DNA of 64,000 nucleotides, from assembly GCA_009914755.4 (NCBI GenBank), contig CP068257.2:20160001-20224000 (forward strand). Direction: 5' to 3'. The stretch's first letter is position 1. Every line of letters starts with the position of its first letter. This document shows, one piece after another, positions 1 to 15,160 of the stretch. This DNA comes from the human T2T-CHM13v2.0 reference genome, Homo sapiens. Under the pieces are notes generated by a model. It was not told the origin of the DNA. It saw nothing but the letters and a program-made list of their open reading frames with translations, and searched no databases. The translations under genes were made by a program, and so were the position numbers.

Positions 1-2554
1 TACTTTCTTAACAGATCTGAGTAGTTTTTAAATCTGTGCATGTGGATGATAGTAGGAAACAAATAATAAAATGTTTTAGTGAATAATGTAGAAAAATCTA
101 AATCCACAGAACACTTGGTAAATAGCCCTGTTAATATAAAAATTTAGGGGAAAAAACTGGAAAGAATAAAAAGAACATCTATTTACTAGATCACAAGTAT
201 CATGTGAAAACCCAGTAGCTAAATTACCAGACTTTAAGCTGTGATTTTAGGGGATTTGGTTTCCGGCATTCTCTTGGTTCCTCAGGCCCACCAAGTTTCT
301 GGCACCCTGGGCCCTGCTTTTGTAGCCATTGCGACTTGTGTTTCCGCCCCCTCTCTCCACCTTTCTTGAAGTGGTCATCTATTTAAAATGAACTTACCGA
401 GTGCCTAACTTTTTCCAAGCAATTGTGCTAAGCACAGTGTTAGGATTTGCTAACTCCCGTGAGGCATCATTTCTTTGAGAATGTGTTTTCTTCAATTGCC
501 TGGACATGGGCAGCTTCTCCTCCCCTTACAGTCAGAAATCATGGAGAAAAGCCTTTAAACTTCCTGCGATGATAGATAACCACAGAGCACTGGACTTGAG
601 AACACAGATTTTGAAAATAGAAAACTCTGCGACTGAATCTTCATGTACTTTTGTAATGTGTCAATGTAGCTACACTGAAATACGTTTTTTATTATTTCCT
701 TTTCTGTATGTTTCTGGCTAATTGGATCACAGAAGAGACTGTTGGGAGAGATTCAGAGGGTGAAAGTGAAGGGGCAGCCATTCTGTAGCTCTCCACTGTG
801 TCACTCACTTGCTTGTTTCCTTACTTTGAGGCAGTGGCCAAGCCTGCAAATGTCCCACCTTCTTTTTGTTCCTCTTTTGGCTTCATAAACTCCTATGTCA
901 GTTGTGTGTGTTAGGTCTGGCTTATGCAGAACACCCATACCAATGAGGTTCAGAGGCAGTAACAACTGACCTAGCGTTTAGCCTGTTCTCATTTGCTACA
1001 GCTTGCGCTTTTGGGTTTCACTTACTGCTTGCTCTCACCCACCTAACACCTATCCCTCCTTCCCTGCTGCCCGTGTCCTGTGTACTTCAAGGTCCAACAT
1101 CAAATACAAAGACAAAAGATTTACAGATACTACTTAACCAGTTTGCGTATGGTCAAGCCTCTGAAAATACTGCATGAGGTCAAATCTCTATTGATTTATC
1201 TATTTCTGGTTCTCTGAACACTGAGTGATATGCTTGATATCACCAATGACTAGCTAAGTGATTTGGAAGTAATAAGTGATTTATCTTCATTAAATCTGTT
1301 TTATTTACTACAAAATGGGAGTTTTGTGTGAAATAAAAATTAATGTAGGTGCTGCACTTAGCAAGAGATCAAACGTGTTATAAACACTCAATCAATAGTA
1401 ACAATTATCATTACTCTGTCCTAAAAACTATCGTGTTTTTATTCTCTTTTTGCTATTGGACTAAATACAAAACAAAATACAACAATAGAAAAAAATAAAC
1501 AACCAACAAATACACAAAGAAATTACTACTATTCCCCAATGGCAACTTAATCTTATTATTATTATATCCTTCCAAGAGCCTGCAAAACAAGAAAGCTAAA
1601 AAAATCTGTTAGATTCAGTATTTATCTCAAGCTCATTACACATAAACAAATTGTCCCTAATAATCAATATGGGAAGCATGCTTCTATAGAAAACATTTGA
1701 ATTATTTAAATAGCATTGGTTTTTGCCTATGTGATTCTTGTTGTAAGAACATTCCTTGCATTAGTTTGAAAATAGGAACATCTAGAAAATCTACTAGATG
1801 ATATTTAGTGCTTTTTTAGTATTTCTTAGTTTCTCAAGTCATGTAAAAAACCATGTTTTCATGTTTTTAACATGGGATAAAGTTGACTTGGCTCCAGAGA
1901 CCAATTAATTACATGGGAAAAGATAGAAAAACTAAAAATTGTGAAAATGAAAAATTATTCTTACATTACTATGTATAAAAAAATTCATACTTAGGCATAT
2001 AGGACCTGTACAATGGAGAAAATCATTAGTTGCCTAAAATAGTTATATGTCCATATCTTTCTGTGGCTCTGATTTATTAGATATAAAATGGTGTATTTAT
2101 TAAAATATCCTTGGAAGTGTCAAAATATTAAAAAAATTATAATAAATGTGATATATACTGAATATAATTTAATAAAATTTATAAATTTATTAACCTGTAT
2201 ATTGTATGTATAAAACAGATATATACAGAGAGAGAAAGAAAGAGCTACAGAGAAAGAAATAAGAACACTCAAACATAGCTGATAGAAATGTAAATTGGTA
2301 TAGCTTTTAAAAAGTTAAGGAAGAAAATGTTTCAGTATATATTAAAACAAATGTGTATTTACATTTGAATTAAGCAATTTCATTTTTTGGAGTTTAAAGA
2401 CACATTTCCAACAATATGAAAATGCACCTGCAACAGGTTGTTCATTGTTTTTAATAGCAAGATGTTTGGTGAAGATGCATGCATAAACATAAGAGATTGA
2501 CTGAATACACTATTAGAATTACACACTGAAATCTATGTTTCTGATTTAAGAAAA

Positions 2555-2819
2555 CTTTGGGAGGCCGAGGCAGGTGGATCACAAGGTCAGGAGATTGAGA
2601 CCATCCTGGCTAATACAGTGAAACCCCCTCTCTGCCAAAAATACAAAAAATTACCCATGGTGGCAGGCACCTGTAGTCCCAGCTACTCGGGAGGCTGAGG
2701 CAGGAGAATGGTGTGAACCCGGGAGGGGAGAGCTTGCAGTGAGCCGAGATCGCGCCACTGCACTCCAGCCTGGGCGACAAAGAGAGACTCTGTCTCCAAA
2801 AAAAAAGAAGAAAACAAAA
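2555..2819 (+). mobile_element. Alu SINE (AluY/S-like), 5'-truncated by ~35 bp, A-rich tail
   Basis: Runs from ctttgggaggccgaggcaggtggatcac... to ...cactgcactccagcctgggcgacaaagagagactctgtctccaaaaaaaaag; matches Alu consensus right and left monomers. Confidence 0.93.
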
Positions 2820-3014
2820 ACTGAGGGAGATCTGTTTTGCCAATAGTGGAGAAACAGGAATACAATGTTAAGTGGAAAAAAAACCTTATAGAGTATATAT
2901 AGTGTGCTATCATATGTGTAAAAGAAAGAGGAGTAATAGGAAATATACATATATTTGCTTATTTTTGCAAAACAAAAGCCAGGAATGATACATCTAAAAC
3001 TAATGATATTGCCC

Positions 3015-3540
3015 ATATTAGTGGGTTGAATAGTGTCCCCCAAAATTCATGTCTACTGTAAACCTATAAATGTCATCTTATTTGAAAATAAGGTCTTTGT
3101 ACATACGGTCACGTTAAGATGAAGTCATATTGGATTAGAGTAGGCCTTAAGTCCTTATTTTTGCTATAACTTTTTAGAGTAGTATAGAGTAGTAGCAGAG
3201 TAGTAGAGTAGAGGTTCTTTTATTTTTGTGTGTTTACTTTTTTTTTAGGAGAAGAAGACTTAGAGACACAGACACACAGAGGGAAGAAGGCCATAGAAAG
3301 ACAAAGGCAAAGATTGGAGTTGTACTGCCACAAGCCCAAGAATGAGGAAACCACCAGGAGCTAGAAGAAACAAGCAAGGATTCGTCCCTGGATTGGTCTT
3401 TCAAAGGGAGCATGGCCCTGCTGACACTTTAATTTCAGACTTCTAGGCTGCAGAACCATTAAAGAATAAATTTCCTTTGTTTCAAGCCATGCTGCTTCTG
3501 TTGTTTTCTTATGGCAGTCCTGGGAAACTAATATATCTAT
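3015..3540 (+). mobile_element. ERVL-MaLR solo LTR, MLT1-type
   Basis: 5' end tgtcccccaaaattcatgtctactgtaaacctataaatg and 3' end ...ccatgctgcttctgttgttttcttatggcagtcctgggaaactaatat match MLT1 consensus termini; internal gagggaagaaggccatag...agaaaccaccaggagctagaag block also MLT1-like. Confidence 0.6.
3176..3215. repeat. short imperfect tandem repeat (agtagtaga-like units) inside the MLT1 LTR
   Basis: agagtagtatagagtagtagcagagtagtagagtagag. Confidence 0.5.
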
Positions 3541-5778
3541 TCATACATAGAAATGGAAATGGGGAGAAACGGTGTTAAAGAAAGAGTGAGCTTCTCAGAC
3601 TCCCCTTTTTGGTATAGGTTTTACTTTTGGACCCATGTTAATATTTTACATAATTAATAAAATAAAATTAAGAAGTTTGAGGGAAACATCTTTAAAATGA
3701 AAAACAAACCAACAAACAAATGAACCTAACAGTATTTCCATTCAACGTATTGGAAAAATGCAACCAAACTGAAGGTTGGAGCAAAGAAGGAATCCAAATA
3801 ACTTGCAAATACATTAGCACAGTATTTTGACTATAATACCTTCAGTGTAAAGACAAAAAAGACTTTCTGAAAGGTTCTGTAACCTCATTAGCAATATTTT
3901 TGTATTGGCATGGATTGGTACTTTTAGAACTGCTTTCAATGTAATCTAAGACTGACAAATGAGATTATGTATTGTGGACAATTGTTGCACTGCTGGAAGA
4001 GGGAGTAACCACATAAAAAGGAGTTGGGGAATAGAACAGATCTTCTAGTGTGGAATTTAAATTGGGAATATCAGCTTATGAAATAGTTAAATAGATACAT
4101 ACATGTATAGATATATGTATACATGTATGGATCAGTGTATATTATAGACATATATTAATATATTATCTATTCTAGTGCTCTAAATATCAATTCTGAGACA
4201 ACTGGAGTTATTCAAGACTTCTTCCGTACACTATATGGTCAGTTTCATTTGGGTCTCAAAGTACAAGATCCGCCAGTTACTTGTTATTAATTTTTCCATG
4301 GCATAGTCACACATATTTTTACCTGCTTTGAAACAGCTTTTATGATGTTATGTTTTAAAACTTATGAAAATGAATATTTGCAGGGATAAATGATTATAAA
4401 GTATTTAAAAGTTTGATGTAATATCATACAAATTGACAGATCATATTCCGTGAAAACATTACAGCTAATTAGAGGACAATATTTCTTAGATTTCTACCCC
4501 CCAAAAATAATTCATTTTATCCTCCATTTTGAGTGGTGCTGAAAAAAAGTATTAAACAGAGTTCTTAAAATATGCTATAACTAGTAGAAATTATTTTTTT
4601 AATTTCTATTGTTTTCATTTTTCAAAGTAAAATTTATTTAAAATTTATATCAAAAATTAAGATTTATCAGACTATGTCTACTTTGGCAAAATAAACTGTT
4701 TTTGTGATCATTTTGTCTTTCACTATGAGTCAAATTATTAAGGTGAGTTTTCTTTTCAGCTTATTACAATTATCCTAATAGACAGCACAGGATGCTGTCA
4801 AAGTCTTAGTTTTGAGGGTTAATATTAAATCACCATTCTTATATTTCGCTTCCTCATTAGATCAATAATGCAAAAGGTCTAATGTAATGTCAAAGGACTT
4901 GCATTCATCAAACTGGAAATACCTTGTGGCTGTTCATTAGGGTTATGCCTTCCCTGCTTTTAGAAAATATTACTGAGGGATTTTTATTCAACCAATGAAT
5001 GCCTATAGGATATTTTATGAACCAAGTTAGAAAATAGACTGGGGGAAACGTATGGATAATTGGTAACCAGAACAAAACAGAATAAGTCCAAGATTATGAA
5101 ACATAAATTCCTTTCTGTGCTAGAATAAAAATTGTACAAATACAGTATTATTCAAAACACATATACTGTAGATATGGAGACTCTTGTTTATCACCATTTG
5201 CCTTATATAATATTTGCATTTAATAGAAACCAAATAATTTGAAATTAACTTTGTAGTCATACTTTATTAATTTTACATTTAATTTTTATTTATTAGTTGG
5301 GTGATACTCAGTGTAGTGCTTATAGTCTGAAGCAGTTTTTTGAAATCTGTATTGAAACATTTAAAAAATATCTAGTGGAGCTTCTTTACATCATTCTTCA
5401 GTTTGCCATTTATTTTTGTCAATATGCTAACCTCACAAATGCTTTGCCTTGTGTTATAATAGTCCAAAAATTACCCTAATGTTTCCTTAAAAAGTAGTTT
5501 TTTAAAGAATCTGCTACATTAATAACTTCATGTAACATTTAACATGTAATTAAACAACATATTATGGATTTACTGAGTTATTGAGTTAGGAGATTTTCAC
5601 TGAAATAACAAACTGTATAGCCGATTCAGTTATAGCTGGTATGTTGTAAAAGCAAGATACAGACAGACTTATAGTCACTTAAAGTCATATAAACTGCATA
5701 ATTTCTGTAATTTATAATGTTATGTAAATTGAAAGTACACACATTAAAAGATGCTTTACATCATTAATTATTAATAAA

Positions 5779-6540
5779 ATGCAAATTAAAAACCACAATG
5801 AGATACTATGACACGCTTGTTTAAATGGCTAATATTAAAAGAGGCTACCTGAAGTATTGCAGAGAAGAGGGTGGAACTGGAACTCTGATACTCTGACTAT
5901 GTGTATGTAAAATGACACAACCACTTTAGAAAAACAGCTCAACAACTTGTCTTGTTTCATTTGCTAAGCATATGTCAGCCATATGGTATAGCCAGTCTAC
6001 TCCTAGATATTTACCCAAAGGAATAAAAAGGAAATATATGTCCGTATATCATGTATCATTATAAGAGATACTTGTAATAGTCAAAATCAACCTAAATGCC
6101 TATGAATAGGTGAATACATAACATTATAATGTACCCAACAAATGGAATATTAGCAACAAAAATGGGGGAACTTCTGATAAAATCAACACCATGGATGAAC
6201 CTGAAAATGTTCCTGAATAAGCGAAGCCAAGACCTTCCCCTCCCCAAAAAAGAGTATGTATTAGATGATTCCATTTATACAAAACTCAACAAAAGGGAGA
6301 CTAACTTGTATTGATAAAAAGCAGGCAATGATTGTTTGGGGATGGAACGGTACGGTAGAATGGATGAGAGACAGGTATTACCAAGAAGCATGAGGAAATT
6401 TTGGGGGATGTTGACATGTTCACTATTTTGATTGCGGTGAGTATTTCACAGTGTCAAAATTATTCAGTTTTATCCTTTAAATCTTCACAGTTGCAAAAGG
6501 TTTTACAGAACAGGTGTTATTTTAAAGCATCCTTTAAAAG
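5779..6540 (+). mobile_element. LINE-1 fragment, ancient L1M-type ORF2 3' end plus 3'UTR
   Basis: atgcaaattaaaaaccacaatgagatac... then tacccaaaggaataaaaaggaaatatatgtcc, caaatggaatattagc, gaacctgaaaatgttcctgaataagcgaagccaag (= ORF2 'tggatgaaccttgaaaacattatgctaagtgaaagaagccag' region). Confidence 0.7.
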
Positions 6541-8029
6541 AGTGTGTTTTTATTCTCTGTTGTCACGTGCCCCATGTTGGGCTCCTTGAACCACAACTCT
6601 CTCAATGCAGACCATGCCTCTCCTTCACTGCCTTATTCCAAGTCTCAGCCACCACAGGCTGCTCTAGTCAATCTCTCTCCTTCATCTTTCTCAGGCATGC
6701 GTCAGACATCAATTCCCCAAATCTCCAGCTGCCGGAAACAAATATTTAAGCTTTTCAAGTGGCACTGCACCCATAGACTTTAAGCAAATGGCACACATTC
6801 TTCACCTTGTTGAAGATACGAATTTAGGTCTTTCTAATTATACCTTTTCTGTTAGATATAAGTGAGTTCTCGAACTGGTTCCTAACCACCTACCTAGTTG
6901 GAAATGCAACAAACTATTTTTTGTCTCAGACAAAGCTACTTGGAAATGCTACTTGGAAATGCAATACCTATTATTTTTATGTCTCAGATAAAAGTGAGTT
7001 AGGAAACTTCCCTTTAACAATCTGTTACAGATATACTGACTCAAGAAATATTTATTCAATATCTACAGTATTTAAGGTAATGTACCTGGTTCTGTAGAAC
7101 ATAAAGAGGTAAACATATTATATCCTCAAATACCTTTAATATAATCTAATATGAAAAACTAGATATGTGGTATAATTCAGAGAGTGGCATGCTACAAAAA
7201 AAGATACAAATGAAGTGCAATGGGAAATTATAGACACAAAGGTGTCCTTTATTCTGGATTTTCAGGATTCGGGCCAGTGGAGAGAATAAGAAAGAACATT
7301 CCTGCGGAAAGCTTATGTGAGTAAAAGATGAATAAAATATGAAGTATGATAACTTTATAAGTAAAATAATTCTTTACCACTGGTTATTTCCAATTAGAAT
7401 AATAATTCAATTTTACAACTTCAGACCTCATGACTTTGGTGTTATCCAAGTATCTATTAGTATGTTTCTGAATACATTTAAATGAACCAGTTGAAATATT
7501 TATGTGTATATTAAATTCCAAAAATGTAATAAATCACAGAGTTTCATTTACAGTTTATTAGTGAGTAGATTACCTCCTCTGCTTCCTGGCTGCTTTCATA
7601 TTGATCTGAGATTTAATAGCCAGATAGAAATGATACTTACACATTGAAATTGCCCATAATAATGAGTTTTTCTTTTTGTATTCTATGAACAGCATAACAA
7701 TGTCTTATGATAATTAAAATAATCTGCCATGTCATGAAAAGCACACAATTTAGAGATGACAAAACCAAAAGGAAAAAAAGTTACGTAATGAATGTATTGT
7801 AATAAAATTTTCTTAATTCTTGATCTAACTCTATGAGGATGTTTATGAAATGAGAATATGTAAATCACGCTTGAGATGCCAGGTACTTTAAGGGTAAGAT
7901 TTTTCTGGTAACAATGGTTAGGTCGGGGAGGCTGTCAATCAGGAACATGCTGCACAGTAACTGATCTCTGAAGGCTCACACTTTAATGACACAACCAATA
8001 CAGTGTGTATTGGATATAAGGAAAAAGAA

Positions 8030-8100
8030 GAAACCATAAAATTGTGTGTGTATGTGTCTGTGTGTGTGTATTCACCTGTATCTGTGTACACACATTCTCT
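8030..8100. repeat. imperfect (GT)n-rich microsatellite
   Basis: gtgtgtgtatgtgtctgtgtgtgtgtattcacctgtatctgtgtacacacat. Confidence 0.6.
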
Positions 8101-8572
8101 TATTCCCAAACAGGAAGCAATGGTCACTGTCCTGGCTCCTTGCTACTTCTTTGCACCACTCAAAAGTGCCTTCCCTCGGAATGCAGGCCACATTGTTATT
8201 TAAACTGGACTTCCCTTTCACTATCATTATCTGGCATCTTTTAACATCTTCTTTATCTCACTCAGTCCTTTTATTTCAAAGAAGTTCATAGAGAAGCATA
8301 GATTTGGTGGCAGCAAAGAGGTGAGTATGATTAGCATTTTGACCTATGTAAATGACACGTTTGTTATAGCCTATCTAGGAAATTTGCCTCTCATAATAAT
8401 TATTTAAAATATATCACTAGGGTTGCCATTGCTAAATTAGGCATTGTAACTTCAATTATATTTTAATTACATAACAAAATGATAAACCAATTTTAAAAAC
8501 TATTGACATATAAAGTAGTATACAAAATCAACATTTTGTTTTAAATTATTTAGTAAAATTTTATCATATAGT

Positions 8573-9012
<440 letters not shown>

Positions 9013-9133
9013 GGAAATGGATTTTTTTTAGTATTTGAAAAAGGGTGCTAACAAGCTCAGAGAAATTAAGAGACTTATTCAATGGTCTTCTGACTCCATG
9101 CCTTTTATTTTTTCTACAATATTTTAAACATGA

Positions 9134-9518
9134 TGATTGATATGGTTTGGATTTGTGCCCCCAACCAAATTTCATGTTGAATTGTGATTCCCAATATTAC
9201 AGGAGGGCCCTGGTGGGAGGTGACTGGATCATGGGGGTGGATTTCCTCTTTCTGTTCTCGTGATAGTGAGTGAGTTCCCACGAGATCTAATTGTTTAAAA
9301 ATGTGTAGCAGCTCCCTGCTTTGCTCTTCCTCCTGCTCCAGCCATGTAGGGCATGCCTCCTTCCTCTTCGCCTTCTGCCATGATTGTAAGTTTCCTGAGG
9401 TCTCCCCAGACATGCTTCCTATAGAGCCTGCATAACCATGAACAAATTAAACCTCTTTTCTTTATAAATTACCCAGTCTCAGGTATTTCTTTATATGGTA
9501 CAATAACTGACTAATACA
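9134..9518 (+). mobile_element. ERVL-MaLR solo LTR, THE1/MST group (MST-like subfamily)
   Basis: starts tgattgatatggtttggatttgtgcccccaaccaaatttcatgttgaattgt, contains ccatgattgtaag...tctccccag and ends aaacctcttttctttataaattacccagtctcaggtat...gactaatacaa, matching THE1/MST LTR consensus ends. Confidence 0.75.
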
Positions 9519-9909
9519 ATGATATTTAGAAATAAGAGACATGGATATTTTGAATAGGTTGCCACGTAGTAAAACAAATTGAAAAACAAACTAAAAATAT
9601 GCATTTATCTAAACAACTATAAAAGGTATACAGTCAGTAAGAAAAGTACATTTGTAAAGGAAATTAATCACTAATATGAGACTAAAATGCATGATGATAA
9701 AATGACCTCACAAAACTACAGATGAAGTAGATCTAGGAAGGTTATAATTGGCCATAAGCTTAAGTAAAATACTCACTAATCTAACTTTCTGCTGGGTATA
9801 GAGGGATTTATTTAATAAGTGCAAACATTGTGTATTTTCCTTAAGAAGTCTAACTGCTGAAGAAAGTCTAACAAATTAAAACGAGTAGTATGAAGTTAAT
9901 TAAAAGCTA

Positions 9910-10224
<315 letters not shown>

Positions 10225-11083
10225 AGAGGTAAACTGTGAAGCTCGGAAATTGTAGCATAGAGAGAGATAAAAGTATGCTAGTATCTAGAAGTTAGAGGCT
10301 GACTTAAATCTTAAAGATCAGTCGTAGTAGGATTAGAAAAAAAATGAAAAGAAAGATGAGGTAATTCATAAAGAAAGACAAAAATGAGCAACTATGCAAC
10401 ACAGTGAAGAGATTAATATAAGTATAGAAAATTTATGTAGAGAGGAGATAGCTATTAAGGCCAAGTGGGTGATGGGCTTAGACAAGTATGATAGAACTGG
10501 ATTTTGTGAGAAGGCTTTGCATTCTGACTCTGAATGCAGGTTTCAAATAGATACAGAAAATTTGTGAAGAGGTAAAAAGAAATCCTATACATCTGCCTTG
10601 GCACTAATCAGGAACATGATCCTTTTATTTATCTGTTGCTGGATATATATATGTATATATTTTTTTCCATTGGGCTTACAAATTTCCATTTCTGCTATGG
10701 GCAGGGGAAGTTTGTAAAATTAAAGTTAAAAGAAATTCAGTTTGTTTTAATTTTAAAATGGTTTCCTTTGGGGGAAACACTAAGTCTTCTAATAAGCCCT
10801 CTGCTCCTCATTATTGCTGACATGTAGAAGATTCTTATATGTCCTCATCATAATGGGACAATGGACCTATGCTCTGATTTGGATCCTTGTGCTGTCCTCG
10901 GGCTCATGAATTAATACTCCTTAGCAGTAAGTGTCTTCCTGCCATCTAGGCTGCAAGAAGTGGCCACAATCAGAGACTTCAGGGCCCTCCTAGTGGGTCC
11001 ATCCCCACCATGACTCTTGCAGATCCTGTTGAATCCTGAGTACTCAAACATGTCCTTCATTCAGTATTTGTCCTAGGCTCTTT

Positions 11084-11986
11084 GTGATGGTTAATACTGA
11101 GTGTCAACTTTATTGGATTGAAGGACGCAAAGTCTTGTTCCTGGGTGTGTCTGTGAGGGTGTTGCCAAAGGAGATTAACATTTGAGTCAGTGGACTGGGA
11201 GAGGCAGACCCATCGTCAATCTGGGTGGGTGCCATCTAATCAGCTGCCTGTGTGACTAGAATAAAGCAGGCAAGAGAAGATGGAGAGCAGACTTGCTGAG
11301 TCTTCCGGCCTTCATCTTTCTCTTGTGTTGCATGCTTCCTGCCTGATATGGTTTGGCTGTGTCCCCACCCAAATCTCATCTTGAATTGTAGCTCCCATAA
11401 TTCCCTTATGTTGTGGGAGGGACCCAGTGGGAGATAATTGAATTATCGGTCAGTTTCCTCTATACTGTTCTCATGGTAGTGAATAAGTCTCATGAGATCT
11501 AATGGTCGGGAAACCCCTTTTGCTTTGCTCTCATTCTTCTCTTGTCTGCCACCATTTTGAGACGTGCTTTTCACCTTTCACCATGATTGTGAGGTCTCCC
11601 CAGCAATGTGGAACTGTAAGTCCATTAAATCTCTTTCTTTTGTAAATTGCCCAGTCTAGCGTATGTCTTTATCAGCACTGTGAAAATGGACTAGAACATC
11701 AGACTCCAAGTTCTTCAGCTTTTGGACTCTTGGACTTACACCAGTGGTTTGCCAGGGGCTGTCAGGCCATTGACCACAGACTGAAGGCTGCATTGCTGGC
11801 TTCCCTACTTTTGAGATTTTAGGACTCGGACTGATCCACCACTGACTTCTTTGCTCCTCAACTTGTAGATGGCCTATCATTAGGCTTTACCTTGTGAGTG
11901 TGTGAGTCAATTCTCTTTAATAAACTCCTTTCATTTATAAATCTCTCTTATTAGTTCTGTCCCTCTAGAGAACCCTGACTAATACA
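11084..11986 (+). mobile_element. ERVL-MaLR LTR (MST-type), in two pieces (11084-11342 and 11699-11986) interrupted by the nested THE1-type LTR
   Basis: 5' half tgtgatggttaatactgagtgtcaactttattggattgaaggacgcaaag...ggactgggagaggcagacccatcgtcaatctgggtgggtgccatctaatcagctgcc...tgcttcctgcc; 3' half cagactccaagttcttcagcttttggactcttggacttacaccagtggtttgccagggg...gagaaccctgactaatacac; the two halves are contiguous in the MST consensus. Confidence 0.7.
11343..11698 (+). mobile_element. ERVL-MaLR solo LTR, THE1-type, nested inside the older MST LTR
   Basis: tgatatggtttggctgtgtccccacccaaatctcatcttgaattgtagctcccataattccc..gttgtgggagggacccagtgggag...ccatgattgtgaggtctccccagcaatgtggaactgtaagtccattaaatctctttc...cagcactgtgaaaatggactagaaca. 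Confidence 0.8.
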
Positions 11987-12221
11987 CTCTTTAAGCTGTA
12001 GCCTTGGTAATGGAATCAACACCTACCCTCAGTACAAAACAGACCTACCGGTTCTAAACTGTGTCTACACAACACTCAAGATTTGATGCTTAAACGTATA
12101 GGTGGCATTTTCCCCCAAATTCTTAAGTCCCTCTCTGAATTTAAACAAACCAAATACTGTTTCTCTTCTAAAATTATGTAGGTATGACTTTCTTCAAGGT
12201 GGTCCCAATTCTCTAATACAG

Positions 12222-12385
12222 TCAATTAGTTGGCACTATAATAATTACTCAATATTTGGTATTTTCAAAGGAGAACTTTGTTTTTTATAATTCTTCTTGG
12301 TTTAAATACACTTTCATATACTTTTTTCTATTTTGAATAATTTTAGTTTACGATAAAGTAGGAAATGGATTTCAAAAATATTTTT
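12222..12385. repeat. low-copy paralogous block B (uninterrupted counterpart of block A, preserving the empty Alu target site)
   Basis: cagtcaattagttggcactataataattactcaatatttggtattttcaaaggagaac...ttgaataattttagtttacgataaagtaggaaatggatttc. Confidence 0.7.
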
Positions 12386-14806
12386 ATATGAACAAATAAG
12401 CAAAAGTCCTGCTAGATCCAATCTCCTTCTTACTCTGGGAACATCTTATAGTGTTGTGGCTCTTTCTCTATGAAGTTATGACCTAGATGAGAGTTAAAAA
12501 ACCTCAAGTCTGACTGTGCTCTTGCTCCTTCTTTCTCTCTGCACAAACAGTTAATTTCATAGGGGCTACCACTTTGCCTTTTTCTCCTCTTTCCAAGAGA
12601 TATTCACCCTTCCCACTTTTATAGGATAGACAAAAGTTCTCATTTGGACATGACTAATGGCCTACAGAATAACATGAATTATGAAAGTATTTACTATATA
12701 TTAATACTTTCACAATATTATTTGTATATTAACTGACTTTTGTATGTATTTTGTTATAAAAGATATATTATGTTAGCACTAGCACGAAATTCCAGGCTAT
12801 AAAGGTGAAAGAGTAAATCAGATAGTCTATGTTCTTAATGAGATTACAGTAAGGCAGAAAGAAAAATAATTGAATAGAAACTTACAAAAAAGTGTTACAA
12901 AGATTTTGAAAAAGGAGAAATCTTCAGCGGCATACAGCGGAGTAGAGAGAGCTCACCTTCAGGCCAGGGATGAAAGGGGAAACACTTGGCAACTAACCAG
13001 AAGAGCTTTGACTTCATGTGACAGTTAACAGGGACTGGCTTCATACTGGATGAAGGTATCTGATGCTACATTACGAAACTAGTCTGATGGTAGAAGATAA
13101 GTGCATTGGAGGAGAGTGTGACAAGGATAAATGATACTGTCAGAGACCCCAAATTGTTGACGTAGAAATGAATTGCAAAGAGAACATTTTGGGGGAAATG
13201 CTATCCATAAGGTTGAAAAATAATAATTACTGAAACTGGCATTTATGGCCATGGGGAAATGTCATGATAAAATGTAATCCAATAAGATACTGAGAAGTAC
13301 TAAATAATTATGGCAGAAATGGAAAGCAATCTTTCTGCTGTTCTACATCAATCAGGTTTCTATAATTGTGTCTAGTTTTAGATGCTGACCTTATTTAAGA
13401 AAGGGTGAAAAAGGAGATGGTCAGAGAAGAGAAACAAAGATAATTAACCCTCGGGTAAATAGTAATATTAAATGAATTAGATTTGTTTAGCTTAGAGAAA
13501 GGAAGGACAAGGGCAATCTGATTATAGAAATGACTCATACATAGAGTAATTAGGAGGGAAATGCAGTTTTCTATGTCCACACAGGACTAAACAAAAGGAA
13601 ATTGACTTTAATAAAGCAGTAATTGTATTTCTAGATTTGTTTAAAAAAAAAAAACACCGTTTAAACACTACTACTAATCAGCTACTGCTCTATATTTACC
13701 ATGTTTGTGTAGGTTCCCACAGGACTGTCTCTTGAGTCTCCATTAGCATCTGTCTGTGCTGACTGCTCTACTCATGTGGTTAGGGATTTAGGACTAGATG
13801 TACTCATGGGTGTGTGATTTAAACACATTTGCAACAGTTTCTTAATTTGATTTCATAGATGCGCTCTGACAAATGATTGAAAACACTGTAACTCTGCTCT
13901 TTTAAGTCAATAGCCTCCCCATAAAGTGTGATTTAAGTTTGCAGGGAAAGAGAAAAAAGATCTGTAAGTTGTTTTGTTAGTTTTTATCTTATTGCAAAAA
14001 GTGAAAATCAACTCCTTATAAATATATTATTAATCAAGAGAGTTTTTAACATATTTTTAAGAAATTTTATAACTCACTTTATGATTTTTACCTGTTTTAG
14101 TTATATGGAAAAATCTGAAGTTACTAAAAAATTAAAATTGATATTTCTAAGTGACTCGAGAAAGTTCACGATGACTGATTTTATCATTTTTTACAACTAC
14201 ATAGAAACTTCCTGTGTATCGAAACTTTCTGTACCCCCTTTCTATAAACTCCTATAAGTTGCCTGTCCACAAACTGTGTATGTAATCTAGGGTCAATGGA
14301 AGGAGCTTAAACTCTACCTATAAGAGAGGAACATCAATGTATTTGAGAACATAAGTTAAATCCACCACCGTACTATACATACATATATTTATGAAAAATT
14401 TTTGTACGGTGCTAAAAAAACTATTTCTTGCATGCTCCTTTAACCTTTAAATCTATAAAGGTCCAGTGCATTAAACAAGTCATATGTGTCCAGGAGCAAC
14501 CATCAAAACGGTTATAGTAGCAAGAACTTGGGAGAAGGTTGAGCTTTGAGTGTGATGTATTGTAAACAGTTAGTCTGGAAGAAAATTGCATAGTGCATGG
14601 CACAGGAAGATCAGAAGGTGGAATCACAACTTTGTTTGGAAGGCACAGGTCGCTAACACATTTGTTTGGGCTTGCTTGTTTGCTTCTTCGCTTCTTCTTA
14701 TTATTTACTATGAAAAGCAGGGATGCCAAGGTGACATGTGCTTAAGAACTGTAGGTTAGGTAGTCTCAGTGGTAAGCTGGTGTGAGTCCAACATTAGGAT
14801 TAAGGG

Positions 14807-15160
<354 letters not shown>

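Noticed and set aside
2610-3043. ORFs of 77-130 aa overlapping Alu elements (also 8696-8977, 14899-15369, 47254-47613, 49526-49786, 59934-60324, 60774-61154)
   Set aside because: They carry the Alu-encoded peptide signatures (…[41 protein letters not shown]… and reverse-frame equivalents). They are spurious ORFs in SINEs.
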